From a bacterium (GTDB lineage Bacteria > RBG-13-61-14 > DATKZS01): DNA of 64,000 nt. The number at the start of each line of letters is the position of its first letter. The stretch's first letter is position 1. Made by a program: the position numbers and the translations under genes. Below are positions 38,023-48,127 of this stretch, one piece after another. The notes under the pieces were generated by a model. That model saw nothing but the letters and a program-made list of their open reading frames with translations, searched no databases and had not been told where the DNA came from. The stretch spans positions 256,001-320,000 of the forward strand of contig CAXXFL010000002.1 of NCBI GenBank assembly GCA_963674965.2. Direction: 5' to 3'.

Positions 38023-39753
38023 ATGACCAAACCTGAAATAGTCGAGGCCTTGAAGCCGCTTTTTTATCCCGGGTCGGTGGCCGTGATCGGGGCGACCAAC
38101 AACCTGACCAAGTGGGGCTTCTCCACTTTATCGAGCCTTCTTGGCAACTTCCAGGGAGACCTGTTCGCGGTCAACAACCGGGACCCCATGGTGCTCGAGC
38201 GAAAGGCGTATCCGAGCGTGAAGGATATTCCCGCTCCCGTGGACCTGGCCGTGATCGTCATCCCGGCCGAGCGCGTGTCCGGCGTGATGCGGGAATGCGC
38301 CGAGAAGGGGGTCAAGGCCGCGGTCGTCATCAGCGCCGGTTTCGTCGAGACGGGCCCGGCGGGCAAGGCCATGCAGGACGAGGTCATGGCCGTCGCCGAC
38401 GCGGCCGGGATCAAGGTGGTTGGTCCCAACTGCATGGGCATGTACAGCGCCCCCCACAACCTGACGGCCTTCATGTTTCCCCTTCCCATCATGGCCGGTC
38501 CCCTGGCTCTTATCTCGCAGGGTGGAAACGTGGGCGGGGCCCTGGTGATGGACGCCGTTACCAGGGGCGTGGGTTTCCAGCAATACGTTAGCTGCGGCGC
38601 GGCGGCGGGGGTCAAGATCGAGGACTACGTCGAGTACGTTGGTCACGACGACCTGGTGAAGGTGGTGATGGTTTACATCGAGGGGCTGGAGGACGGGCCC
38701 CGCTTCATCGAGAAGGTAAGGGAGGTCTCGCGAAAAAAGCCGGTGATCGTGCTCAAGCCGGGCAGGACCGAGGCGGCGGCCCGCGCCATCAGTTCTCACT
38801 CGGGGGCCCTTTCCGGTTCGGACTCGATCTACGACGCGGCCTTCAAGAAGGCGGGCGCCATCCGGGTGGAAACCAGCATCGAGATGCTCGACCTGGCCAT
38901 CGGCCTGCTCAGCCAGCCCCTTCCCAAGGGAAGGAGGGTCGTCATCACCACGCCGGGCGGAAGTTACGGGGTCATGTGCGCCGACGCCTGCGCCTCGCGG
39001 GGCCTCGAGGTCATCGATCTGCCCCGCCGGGCCATGGACGAGTTCAACCGCATGTTCCCGCCCAGGTGGAGCCATGGCAATCCCGTGGACCCGGCGGGCG
39101 ACCGCAACTTCGCTCCCTATTTGAGGGCCCCCGAGATTATCCTCGAGAGCGATGAGGTGGACTCCCTTATCTTCATGGGGTTCGGCTCCTTTTCAGGGAT
39201 AGGGGGCATGATCGCATCCTCGGGAGACGCGTTCTCCAAGGGCCTCGAGAAACTAAACCAGGGCCTTGCGGGCGTCTCGGCCATGGCCTCGTCCATGCTC
39301 GAGGTGCTCGAGTCGGGAGACAACGAAAAAATAAAGCAAATAATCAAGATGGCCCTCCGCATGACCTTTGGGTCGGTCATGGCCTCCGACGGGAACGAGA
39401 TCGAGCGGCTGTCCGATACCGTGGCCGAGGCCCTGACCACTGACGCCATGCTGGCCGGGTCGTTTTTCCAGGGACTCAAACGCCTTTTCGAGTCGGCGGC
39501 CTCGGGCAAACTGGACGCCTCCGGCTTTTCCTCCATCATGGGCATGATGGAGCCCATGCTCGACGCCCTTATCTACTACTGGATCGGCAAATACGAAAAG
39601 CCCGTAATTACGACGACCTTCACGGAGGAGACCTCGGTCGTCCGGGAAGGTGGGCATTTTCCCTACCCGAACGCGGAGAGGGCCGCCTCGGTCCTGGCCC
39701 GGCTGGTGGAATACCGGGAGTTCCTCGAGTCGGCCGAGGAGGAGGAAAAATGA
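38023..39753 (+). CDS. NDP-forming acyl-CoA synthetase, alpha-type (CoA-binding) subunit
   Basis: SVAVIGA, ISAGF, VGPNCMG, ISQGG, SHSGAL phospho-His, NPVD. Confidence 0.88.
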   Translation: MTKPEIVEALKPLFYPGSVAVIGATNNLTKWGFSTLSSLLGNFQGDLFAVNNRDPMVLERKAYPSVKDIPAPVDLAVIVIPAERVSGVMRECAEKGVKAAVVISAGFVETGPAGKAMQDEVMAVADAAGIKVVGPNCMGMYSAPHNLTAFMFPLPIMAGPLALISQGGNVGGALVMDAVTRGVGFQQYVSCGAAAGVKIEDYVEYVGHDDLVKVVMVYIEGLEDGPRFIEKVREVSRKKPVIVLKPGRTEAAARAISSHSGALSGSDSIYDAAFKKAGAIRVETSIEMLDLAIGLLSQPLPKGRRVVITTPGGSYGVMCADACASRGLEVIDLPRRAMDEFNRMFPPRWSHGNPVDPAGDRNFAPYLRAPEIILESDEVDSLIFMGFGSFSGIGGMIASSGDAFSKGLEKLNQGLAGVSAMASSMLEVLESGDNEKIKQIIKMALRMTFGSVMASDGNEIERLSDTVAEALTTDAMLAGSFFQGLKRLFESAASGKLDASGFSSIMGMMEPMLDALIYYWIGKYEKPVITTTFTEETSVVREGGHFPYPNAERAASVLARLVEYREFLESAEEEEK

Positions 39754-39938
39754 CCGGACTTGTCATTTGGCAAATTTTATGCTGATAATAACCGATCAAT
39801 TATTTCCGGCGTGGGCCCGGACGCGCGGGGGGAAAAGACGCATCCCGAAAGGATACGATTAAGTTCCTAACAGGGTTTACAGGGACCGGGTCCGCCATGT
39901 ATCTTTTTTAATGAGGGAAACGATCTAGGAGGAGGAAA

Positions 39939-41009
39939 ATGAAGAAGGTATTTTTATTGGCTATTCTTTTCGCGGCTTTGGTGGGAACGGCCGCCCAGGC
40001 TCGCGAGAGGCACGACAGCATAGTGTTCGTGGTGGACATCTCCGGCACGGTCAGCGAGAACGGCCAGGTACCCGTGTCCCGAGACGTCATCCGTTCCATG
40101 AACGCGAAGTTCCCGGACTACGTCAAGGACGCCGCCATCATGACTTTTGGCGACCTCGAGTACCCCCAGATGGAGTACGTGCTTCCGGCCTCGGATTGGG
40201 ACCGGGAAGGGCTCGACAACAACATCGGATACATCAAGGAAGGCGAGGGCTCGACGCCCCTCGGCACCGCGGTGGACGGGTCCGACGAGGGAGTGACCAA
40301 GGCCGAGGGCAAGACGGCACTGGTAATCATCACGGACGGCAAAGACAACGGCGCTCCCGACCCGGTGACCAGGGTCGAGATGCTCAAGAAAAAGCATTGC
40401 GATAACGTCTGCGTTTTCACCATCCAGCACGGCGACGACCCCGAGGCCGCGGCCCTACTCGAGGCCATGGTCAAGGCGGGAAAGTGCGGCATTACCACCA
40501 TGGCCGCCGACCTTCGGGCCTCGGACCAGAACGTCCAGGACCTGGTGGACTACATCTTCCCGAGCGACGGACCGCCCCCCTACGTGTGCGTGGACGACGA
40601 CGAGGACGGCGTGTGCGCCGAGAACGACGAGTGTCCCAATACCCTGAAGGGGGCCAAGGTCGACAACCGGGGATGCTGGGTGCTTCAGAACGTTCACTTC
40701 GACGTGGACAAGTATGACGTCAAGCCCAAGTATTTCGACGAGCTCGACCAAGTGGTGACCGTGCTCAAGTCCAACCCCGGCGTCAAGGTCAGGATCGAGG
40801 GACATACCGACGCCGACGGGTCGGACGAATACAACCAGACCCTTTCCGACAACCGGGCCAACGCCATCTATGACTACTTTATCTCCAAGGGAGTCCAAAG
40901 GGACAGGCTCTCGGCCAAGGGCTACGGAGAGTCAAGGCCCATCGCCTCGAACGACACCGACTCGGGCAAGGCCCTCAACAGAAGGATCGAGCTTACCGTC
41001 CTCAAGTGA
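39939..41009 (+). CDS. OmpA-family protein with N-terminal vWA domain
   Basis: Signal peptide, DISGT...TP...TDG MIDAS, TSP3-like D-rich linker, EGHTD...NRRIE. Confidence 0.92.
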   Translation: MKKVFLLAILFAALVGTAAQARERHDSIVFVVDISGTVSENGQVPVSRDVIRSMNAKFPDYVKDAAIMTFGDLEYPQMEYVLPASDWDREGLDNNIGYIKEGEGSTPLGTAVDGSDEGVTKAEGKTALVIITDGKDNGAPDPVTRVEMLKKKHCDNVCVFTIQHGDDPEAAALLEAMVKAGKCGITTMAADLRASDQNVQDLVDYIFPSDGPPPYVCVDDDEDGVCAENDECPNTLKGAKVDNRGCWVLQNVHFDVDKYDVKPKYFDELDQVVTVLKSNPGVKVRIEGHTDADGSDEYNQTLSDNRANAIYDYFISKGVQRDRLSAKGYGESRPIASNDTDSGKALNRRIELTVLK

Positions 41010-41033
41010 TAAGACCGATCGATTGAAGATGAC

Positions 41034-41071
41034 GCCGCCGCTTTCCGTCATGGGAGGCGGCGGTTTCTTTT
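41034..41071 (+). terminator. Intrinsic terminator
   Basis: CCGCCGC...GGCGGCGG stem followed by TTTCTTTT. Confidence 0.7.
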
Positions 41072-41313
41072 GCCAAGCCAAGCGGGCCGACCAGGCGCGC
41101 GAAAGATGCAGGCGTCGCCCCGGCGGGGGGGAAGACGATCCGAATCGAGCGGGTTCTAGGCGACGCGGGGTCCGAAGAAAAGGCGGGAAGCGAGCGGCGC
41201 GAGCGAACCCGACGTGGAATATGGAAGCGGAAGAATATCACGCGTGAGAAAAATAAGCGGCACAATGAAACGGAATAGCCCCCTTTTGGACGGCGCCGGT
41301 TTTGAAAAATCGA

Positions 41314-42024
41314 TTACCTCGCGACCACCACGGAGGCGGGGCGCAGGAGGCGGTCCTTTTTTCTGAAGCCGGGACGGACCTCCTCGAGGATGGAACCCTC
41401 GGGAACGCCGGCCGCGGGAACGGCGGCTATGGCTTCATGGTATCGGGGATCGAAGGTCTCGCCCACGGTGGGTACGCGCTCGACGCCGTGTTTCTCGAGC
41501 ACCCCTAAAAGCTGCTTGTAAACCATCTCGACGCCCCCGACCACCCCGTCGTTGGCGCCCGAGTCCCTGGCCGCCTGCACCGCCTTTTCCATGTACTCGA
41601 CGATGGGGAAAACGTCGTCCAGCACGAACTCCTTGCCCAGGGCCGTGAGGCGCGCTCGCTCCGACTCGGCGTGGCGCTTATGATTCTCGAAGTCGGCCTG
41701 GAGCCGGATATACATGTCCTTCCAGTCCCGGCCGTCGGAATCGGACGCGCCCTGGTCGCCGGCCTCGGGACCGCCCCCGGCGCTCTCGGTTTTTTCCTCG
41801 GCGGTAAGGGCTTCAGTTTCCCGGTCCGCTTCGAGGCGCTCTTCCCTGTCTTCTTCCGGTTCGGTTTCCAGGTAGTGTTTTGCCCGATCCATAACGTCAC
41901 CTTCGTTCCTGTAGATTTGGCGGAAGGGGCCGCCGTATCCTCCGTACTCGCGCCCGTAGTAGGGCCGGGAGTATTCTTCGCGGTCCGTTCCGTTTTCGCT
42001 TATGACTCTTACGGGAATCCTCAT
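41314..42024 (-). CDS. grpE: Nucleotide exchange factor GrpE (start uncertain)
   Basis: RLQADFEN, GETFDPRYHEAI, LLRPASVVVA. Confidence 0.92.
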   Translation of the reverse strand: MRIPVRVISENGTDREEYSRPYYGREYGGYGGPFRQIYRNEGDVMDRAKHYLETEPEEDREERLEADRETEALTAEEKTESAGGGPEAGDQGASDSDGRDWKDMYIRLQADFENHKRHAESERARLTALGKEFVLDDVFPIVEYMEKAVQAARDSGANDGVVGGVEMVYKQLLGVLEKHGVERVPTVGETFDPRYHEAIAAVPAAGVPEGSILEEVRPGFRKKDRLLRPASVVVAR

Positions 42025-42057
42025 TTATTATTCCTTTCCGCCTCGCGGCGGCCGTCG

Positions 42058-43260
42058 TCAGAACATGCCCTCTCTCGGGTCTTCCTCGCGGTCTTTAAGC
42101 TCGTTTAAAAGCTGCCTGGTTTTCTTGTCGGTTTTCTTCGGCACGGCCACCTTGAGATGGACGTACAAGTCGCCCTGGCCCCGGGACTTGGGGTGAGGCG
42201 CTCCCTTGCCCTTCATCCTGAGCACGGCCCCGCCCTGGGTACCCGCGGGTATCTTGAGGGAGGCTTTGCCCTCGAGGGTCGGGACCTCGACCTTGGCGCC
42301 GAGGGCCGCCTCGGTAAAGGTCACGGGCAGATCGATATGCAGGTCGTCTCCCTCCCGCCTGAAGTACTTGTGAGGCGACACGTTAATAATCAGGAAAAGG
42401 TCGCCCGCCCTTCCGTCCGGTCCTTCCTCGCCTTTGCCGGGCACGCGCAGCCGCCCGCCGTGCTTCACGCCCGGGGGTATCTTGACGGATATCGTCTCGG
42501 GCCCGCTCTTCTTGCCGCTTCCAGCGCAACCGGGGCAGGGCTCGAGGTATACCTGGCCGGTCCCCTGGCAGGCGGAACAGACCACGTTCACGTTGGCGCC
42601 CCCGTTGGCCACCTGGCGCCGGCCCGCGCCGTTACAAGCGCTGCAGGTCCTGGATTTGCCGCTCTTGTTTTTACCCGTGCCCGAGCAGGTGGGACAGCGG
42701 CCGTTCCGGTTGAGAGTGAAACCGTGGACCCCGCCCTTCATGGCGTCGTCAAAGGATATGGTAATATTGGCCTCCACGTCCCTGCCGGGTTGGGGCCCCA
42801 TGTCAAAGCCGCCGCCAAAGGGGCTGCCTCGAAAGTCGGCCCTTCTTCCGCCTCTCTTTCCGGCCCCGCCGAAGATTTCGCTAAATATATCGCCTATATC
42901 GGCCCCGCCCATGCCTTGGCCGCCGCCGAAGAGGTCCTCGACGTTGAAGTTCACGCCGCCGGGGCCGGCGCTCCAGGTATAAGACTGCCCGCCACCCGGA
43001 CCGGGCGCCCACCCGCCGCCCCCAGGAGGGGGCGCGCCCGGACCGACGTGGCCGAACATATCGTATTCTCTACGTTTTTCCTTGTCCGACAAGACCTGGT
43101 AAGCCTCGGATATCTCCTTGAACTTATCCTCGGCGCACTTGTCGCCCGCGTTGCAGTCGGGATGGTGCTCCTTGGCAAGCTTCCTGTAGGCCTTTTTGAT
43201 CTCCTCGGCCGAAGCTCCCCGCTTTACTCCCAGTACTTCGTAAAAATCCTTTTTCGCCAT
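42058..43260 (-). CDS. dnaJ: Chaperone DnaJ
   Basis: J domain with HPD, G/F region, four CxxCxGxG motifs, C-terminal domain. Confidence 0.93.
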   Translation of the reverse strand: MAKKDFYEVLGVKRGASAEEIKKAYRKLAKEHHPDCNAGDKCAEDKFKEISEAYQVLSDKEKRREYDMFGHVGPGAPPPGGGGWAPGPGGGQSYTWSAGPGGVNFNVEDLFGGGQGMGGADIGDIFSEIFGGAGKRGGRRADFRGSPFGGGFDMGPQPGRDVEANITISFDDAMKGGVHGFTLNRNGRCPTCSGTGKNKSGKSRTCSACNGAGRRQVANGGANVNVVCSACQGTGQVYLEPCPGCAGSGKKSGPETISVKIPPGVKHGGRLRVPGKGEEGPDGRAGDLFLIINVSPHKYFRREGDDLHIDLPVTFTEAALGAKVEVPTLEGKASLKIPAGTQGGAVLRMKGKGAPHPKSRGQGDLYVHLKVAVPKKTDKKTRQLLNELKDREEDPREGMF

Positions 43261-43295
43261 TTTTTCCACCTCTTGGAGCAACTTGCTCCGGTGAA

Positions 43296-43323
43296 ATTGT
43301 AATCATAAAGCCCCTGATGTCAA
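43296..43323 (-). promoter_or_regulatory. Sigma70-like promoter for dnaJ-grpE
   Basis: TTGACA-16 nt-TACAAT. Confidence 0.65.
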
Positions 43324-43409
43324 GTCCGACCTGAGCAATCCTTCCTTTATTGCTCTTTAAAATAGACATGTTGATCGGATGAAAATCATCCTCCTATTTT
43401 TTCAGGGAA

Positions 43410-43437
43410 TTGACATATATTTCCTTTACGTGATAAT
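43410..43437 (+). promoter_or_regulatory. Divergent sigma70-like promoter
   Basis: TTGACA-16 nt-GATAAT in an AT-rich intergenic region. Confidence 0.5.
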
Positions 43438-43698
43438 ATGTGGACTTCAAATTTAAAGTGGGACTCGACTTAAACTAATCAAATTATGATTACAACTGGA
43501 ATTTTAATGGAAAAAGGACGAAAAAATGTGAAAGTTGTACGTCCTATATCCAATTCTCAGTCGTAAAAGGATCCAGCAGCCCTCGGCTAATTTTTGCGAC
43601 AAGGGCGTGAGCCAGGTAACATCGCTTAATAAATACTAAAATATTTCGCTTATTAGATGCCCGGTCCGCTATCTACAACAGGAAGGAGGATTTCTTTT

Positions 43699-44898
43699 AT
43701 GCGCGCTCGTTCTTTATTCATGACTGTTATCGTTTGTTTTGCACTTTCCTGCGGTGGAGGAGGCGGAAGCGACGATGGGGGAGACGGCGGAGGCGGTGGA
43801 GGGGGAGGAATATCGGCGGTCTTCGAGAAAATAGGCTCGGACCTCCGCGTGACCTATTCCACCGGCTTCTCGAGGGGGCCTCACCTCTGCTGGGGCCCCG
43901 GTGAGTTCGGCATAGCCTGGGGGGACGACTCGGATTCAAACTGGCATCCGGAGATCGTCTCGTTTACACGAATTTCGGCGGTGGGGGCCCTTATCGCGCC
44001 GGAGATAAAGGTGACTCCTTCTTCCATCAGTTTTCTTTCCTTGTCCAGCCTGGTCTGGACGGGAACGGAGTACGGATTGGGTTGGGCTCAGGATTCTTCC
44101 GGTACGAATACTCTGGCCAGACTGACGTCGTCCGGTGACACGATCGGAGCCGTTCCAATCGCAACCCAATATAGCGATTTTGAGACCGGCTTGGAGTGGA
44201 CCGGAAGTGAATTTGGACTTGCCTTCAACTGGTTGGCGGGCGATATCTTTTTCGTCCGTACTTCAGCCTCGGGAGACACTATCGGCGTGGAATCCGTAGT
44301 TACTGGCGAGGGTCAAAATAAGACGGTAAGTTCTCTTGAGTGGGCCGGCGGCGAGTACGGAATTACATGGAGCGACAGTAGAAGCGGAGCTTATGAGACC
44401 TATTTCGCCAGGGTGTCGTCAACGGGCGCAAAAATAGGCGCCGACGTAAGAGTGACCTATTATAAAAGCGATTTTGATTTTACCGAATCTTCTGATCTGG
44501 CCTGGTCCTCAAGCGAGTATGGGCTGTGTTTTTCCGAAATGCGAGACGATGATATCGACGTTTTCTTTGTCAGACTGTCAGCATCGGGAGCGGTAATTGG
44601 ATCGGAAGTGAATTTGTCGTCCAACTCGGGAGACTCCCAACAATGCCGTATCTTATGGGACGGTGAAAACTACGTTGCAAGCTGGTGGCAGGAAGACGGG
44701 GGCTACGCCAACGTTTATATGGCAAAGGTTTCAGCGAACGGTGAGAAAAAAGGGGGGAGCTTCAACGTGACTTCAGAGTATAACTCGGGACCCTATTCTT
44801 TTTCGATCGCTTGGACGGGCAGTGAATACGGCGTCGCCTGGGAAGATGACAGGGACGGAAAGCCGCAGATTTATTTCGCGCGGGTGAAAAAGAAGTAG
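43699..44898 (+). CDS. Lipoprotein with WTGxEYG repeats (probable beta-propeller)
   Basis: SD AGGAGG, ALSC lipobox, Gly linker, about 7 repeats of LxWxGxEY/FG. Confidence 0.82.
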   Translation: MRARSLFMTVIVCFALSCGGGGGSDDGGDGGGGGGGGISAVFEKIGSDLRVTYSTGFSRGPHLCWGPGEFGIAWGDDSDSNWHPEIVSFTRISAVGALIAPEIKVTPSSISFLSLSSLVWTGTEYGLGWAQDSSGTNTLARLTSSGDTIGAVPIATQYSDFETGLEWTGSEFGLAFNWLAGDIFFVRTSASGDTIGVESVVTGEGQNKTVSSLEWAGGEYGITWSDSRSGAYETYFARVSSTGAKIGADVRVTYYKSDFDFTESSDLAWSSSEYGLCFSEMRDDDIDVFFVRLSASGAVIGSEVNLSSNSGDSQQCRILWDGENYVASWWQEDGGYANVYMAKVSANGEKKGGSFNVTSEYNSGPYSFSIAWTGSEYGVAWEDDRDGKPQIYFARVKKK

Positions 44899-44986
44899 CG
44901 CGTCCTTTCAAGTGGACTTGGCTCAATACATATCGAGATCATTATGGTTTTGTGGGCCGTTTAGTAATTCATCAATGGAGGGAGTA

Positions 44987-45766
44987 ATGAAAAAGATTGG
45001 CATTCTAATTTTATCGATTGGGCTGTTGTTCGTCATCGCCATGGCGGCGGGGACGAGGGGAAAGAGCTCGGAGAAAACCAAGGTGTTGGTATTCGTGGGT
45101 GGAGAACCCAAGGCGTTTATAGTACCGAACATGCTTACTTTAACCGATGATCCCAGACCAAAAGAACCCAGTCTGGGCGCGGCCTACGTATTGGCCGGGA
45201 ATAAAATTTCCAAGGTCGTGAGTTCTGATGATCTTTTGAAAATGACGCGAGACAACATGGTGAAAGAACTGTCCTCCGGCTCCGATTTCGATCCGATACC
45301 GGTCTGTTTAAAAGGCGAGCCGGCGGGCGCGGGCGGATGCGTAAAGGTCAGTTCAAAGAAAGCCAAAGATTTCGAGGAGGAACACGCGGGCAAAAAGATA
45401 CTTCTCGTTACGCACTGGTATTACGGATTTTGGAACGGCAAGGTAACCACCTACAGCACCGCGTCGTTTATCAAGACCCCCCTGGAACTCGAATGGAGCT
45501 ACAGCCCCTGGTGGCCGGGAAGCGAGGCGTTTATTGAGGCCGAGAAAATCGAGCCGTCCCAGCGGATGGAGAACCCCGAGGCCCTGAAGGGGTCCTTTAA
45601 TACGCTAACGGCGGACCTGGCGAAAAACCTTTGCGCCTGCGCCGCGGGAAAAGCCGACCCTTCTCAAGTCTTCAAGCACGCCTCAAGTAATACGTCATTG
45701 GGCGGCAAGAAGGCCAACGCCAAACTACACGTGAACAACAACCTGAAGACGGTGTACGATAAATAA
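44987..45766 (+). CDS. Exported hypothetical protein
   Basis: SD GGAG, MKKIGILIL signal peptide. Confidence 0.7.
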   Translation: MKKIGILILSIGLLFVIAMAAGTRGKSSEKTKVLVFVGGEPKAFIVPNMLTLTDDPRPKEPSLGAAYVLAGNKISKVVSSDDLLKMTRDNMVKELSSGSDFDPIPVCLKGEPAGAGGCVKVSSKKAKDFEEEHAGKKILLVTHWYYGFWNGKVTTYSTASFIKTPLELEWSYSPWWPGSEAFIEAEKIEPSQRMENPEALKGSFNTLTADLAKNLCACAAGKADPSQVFKHASSNTSLGGKKANAKLHVNNNLKTVYDK

Positions 45767-45813
45767 TAACTGTTATAGCGCCACCGGGGACCGGGAAAAC
45801 GCGGAGGGTTATC

Positions 45814-46353
45814 CTAGCCGGTTCTCCGTCGCTCTTCCCATTCCCGGGCCAGGCGTTTTCCCTCGCGGTGGTTTTTGACGAGGACGGAGATGATCACCAC
45901 GCCAAGGGCCAGGAGGATGGCGACCCCCAGCACCAGGCTGACGATGATGAGACCGGTAAAGACCAGCTTGTCTTTAGCCTCACCGAGATTATAGGACTCC
46001 ACCGCCGTCTTTTCCATCTCGTTTTTATTGGGGTCGATACGGGTGGTTGCGTCTTTATCCGGCGCTTTCGGTTTCGCTTTGTTTCCACCGCCCGATTTCT
46101 CGGGCCAGTAAAAGGAGTCTTCCGCCGGCCGGAGGGGGACGACCTCTTTCACGTACTTCTTGTCGATCCAGATTTTACCCCCCAGCTTCTCGTATACTAT
46201 GTCGCCGCCCTCTTCCCAGCAGTCCTCCACGAGAATGACCGTTTTATCCTTCAGGACGACCTTGTATTGAAGATCGTTCATGGCCCCGGCCCTGGCGGGC
46301 AATAAAAGGGCCATCAAGAACAAGACTATAAACGCGGTCGCTACTTTCACCAT
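45814..46353 (-). CDS. Hypothetical protein with signal peptide and C-terminal TM anchor
   Basis: Hydrophobic ends, SD-like GGAG. Confidence 0.7.
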   Translation of the reverse strand: MVKVATAFIVLFLMALLLPARAGAMNDLQYKVVLKDKTVILVEDCWEEGGDIVYEKLGGKIWIDKKYVKEVVPLRPAEDSFYWPEKSGGGNKAKPKAPDKDATTRIDPNKNEMEKTAVESYNLGEAKDKLVFTGLIIVSLVLGVAILLALGVVIISVLVKNHREGKRLAREWEERRRTG

Positions 46354-46483
46354 TCTCCGTTCCCCGCCGGCCGATCGGAGGTTATAAAATTATCGGCCGG
46401 CGGTATGGATTATAGCACGCGTTGCCGCCGGGAAGAACGGCCGCGTTAAATTCGCGAGGCGAGACCAGGGGGCCTAGAGCACT

Positions 46484-47090
46484 TCACGTTTGTAATGTCG
46501 TATAACCGCACGAAAAAAAATAGCCCTTAGCATCGCTGGCCGTAATGGAAGATAATGCCTCGCTTATTGCCGCGATTAATCGAGGATGCGTTCGCGCCTT
46601 GGCGGAGCGTAAATGATTCTTCACCTTGCTCCACATCTTTTCGATCGGATTGAAATCGGGACTGTACGGAGGCAGGAACACCAAGCGGGCGCCGAGGGCC
46701 TCGATAATCTCCCGACTTTGGGCGTCCTTGTGCACCGAGAGATTATCGGCGACCACCACGTCGCCCGGCCGCAAGGTCGGGCCAAGGATGTGCCTGACGT
46801 AAGACCGAAAAACCTCACGGTTCGCGGAACCCTCGATCGCCATGCAACTCACCTGCCCGTCAAAACGAATCGAGCCGATCATCGTCGTGGTATGCCAATG
46901 ACCATGGGGGGCGTGATCACGGACTCTCTGGCCCCGGCGGCCCCGCCCGCGGTGGCGGGTCATGTTGGTCTTGGCGCCAGACTCGTCGATGAATACCAGC
47001 CGCCGAGCATCGCCGAGCATCGGACCCGCGCTCCACTCCAGGCGGGAATGGATCACGTCAGGCCGGTTTTGTTCGCTGGCCGAAAGCGTT
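46484..47090 (-). CDS. IS630 transposase DDE domain (orfB, joined to orfA by frameshift)
   Basis: FIDESG, DNLSVH, LPPYSPDFNPIE. Confidence 0.92.
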
Positions 47091-47423
47091 TTTTTTTAGG
47101 CTGTACCCCAAGCGCGCAACGGCGCGCTGCACCGCCATGAGGGAACACGACTTGCCCGTGAGTTCGCGCAACTCATCAAGAGTCGCGTCCGGGTGGCGAG
47201 CAATAAGGCCGTCCAAACGCTTAAGGTCGGCGCCGCGATAAACGGCGGCGCGGTGGCCACGTTTACCCGGCTCGGTCGAGCCATGTTCCCGGTACTGCTT
47301 GAGCCAGCGTTGAAAGGTGCGCGTACTGACCCGAAAGATGGCGGCGACCTCCAATTGCGTGTAATCGCCGGTCTGATAGGCGGCAAGCGCCCGCTCGCGA
47401 ATCTCTGAAGATGATATTCCCAT
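47058..47423 (-). CDS. IS630 transposase HTH domain (orfA)
   Basis: VAAIFRVSTRTFQRW, PDATLDEL, LGYSLKK with an A9 run. Confidence 0.9.
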   Translation of the reverse strand: MGISSSEIRERALAAYQTGDYTQLEVAAIFRVSTRTFQRWLKQYREHGSTEPGKRGHRAAVYRGADLKRLDGLIARHPDATLDELRELTGKSCSLMAVQRAVARLGYSLKKNAFGQRTKPA

Positions 47424-47470
47424 GACAAGAGAATACCACAATCAATACGTCATGTCAATCGTTAAGTGCT

Positions 47471-48127
47471 CTAGAGCGCCCGAAGTCCGGCCAGCCTCAC
47501 GGCTCCCCGGTGGTATCCGTCGGGGAAGAGCCTTTTGAGTTCCTCGAGATCGAGCAAAAGAGCCTCGCACGTTTCGTAAACGTTGGGGATTTCATGGGTA
47601 TCCGCGTAGGAATCGCGAAGGAAGTAAAGTACCTTCCAGTGCTCGTCGGTCAGCTTGCCCATATTTTTTTCGCCCATGGCGAAGGCCGCGGCGAACTCCT
47701 CGTCCCACTGGGAAGGATCGAGGAGAAATCCCCGGTCGTCGATATCGTATTTCTTATTGATATTTCCTTTCTCCATCAGTTCGGCCAGGGACCTGGACCA
47801 TAGATAGTTGACGCTTCCCGAGCGGTAGGTTATACCCGCCAGCTTGCAGGCCCCTCTTTGGTAGCCGGTTGGAAAGAGCGACTCGAGGTCCTCGATCCGC
47901 AGGCCGTTCTTCTCGCAGGTCTCGTAAATCAGGGGGCAGCGATGGTTTTTGTCAAAGTACTCCCGGATGGAATAGATCACCCGCCAGTGCCTTTTGGTCA
48001 GACCCGCCTCGATCTTGCAGGCCCTGGCCAGGGATTCGGCGAAATCCTCGTCCCACCTTTTATAATTGAACAGGTATCCCGCCGCGTCCACCTCATATTT
48101 TTTTCCTTTTAATTCTTTCGTCTGCAT
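47471..48127 (-). CDS. TusE/DsrC/DsvC-family protein with two tandem domains
   Basis: Two copies of D..G(Y/F)L.....WDE.FA...LT..HW.V...LFP.GY.RGA..LAG. Confidence 0.88.
   Translation of the reverse strand: MQTKELKGKKYEVDAAGYLFNYKRWDEDFAESLARACKIEAGLTKRHWRVIYSIREYFDKNHRCPLIYETCEKNGLRIEDLESLFPTGYQRGACKLAGITYRSGSVNYLWSRSLAELMEKGNINKKYDIDDRGFLLDPSQWDEEFAAAFAMGEKNMGKLTDEHWKVLYFLRDSYADTHEIPNVYETCEALLLDLEELKRLFPDGYHRGAVRLAGLRAL

Larger units (their letters stand above)
46477..47471 (-). mobile_element. IS630-family insertion sequence
   Basis: Imperfect TIRs GAGCACTTCACGTTTGTAATGTCGTAT / GAGCACTTAACGATTGACATGACGTAT; TA duplication at 46475-46476 and 47472-47473. Confidence 0.93.
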
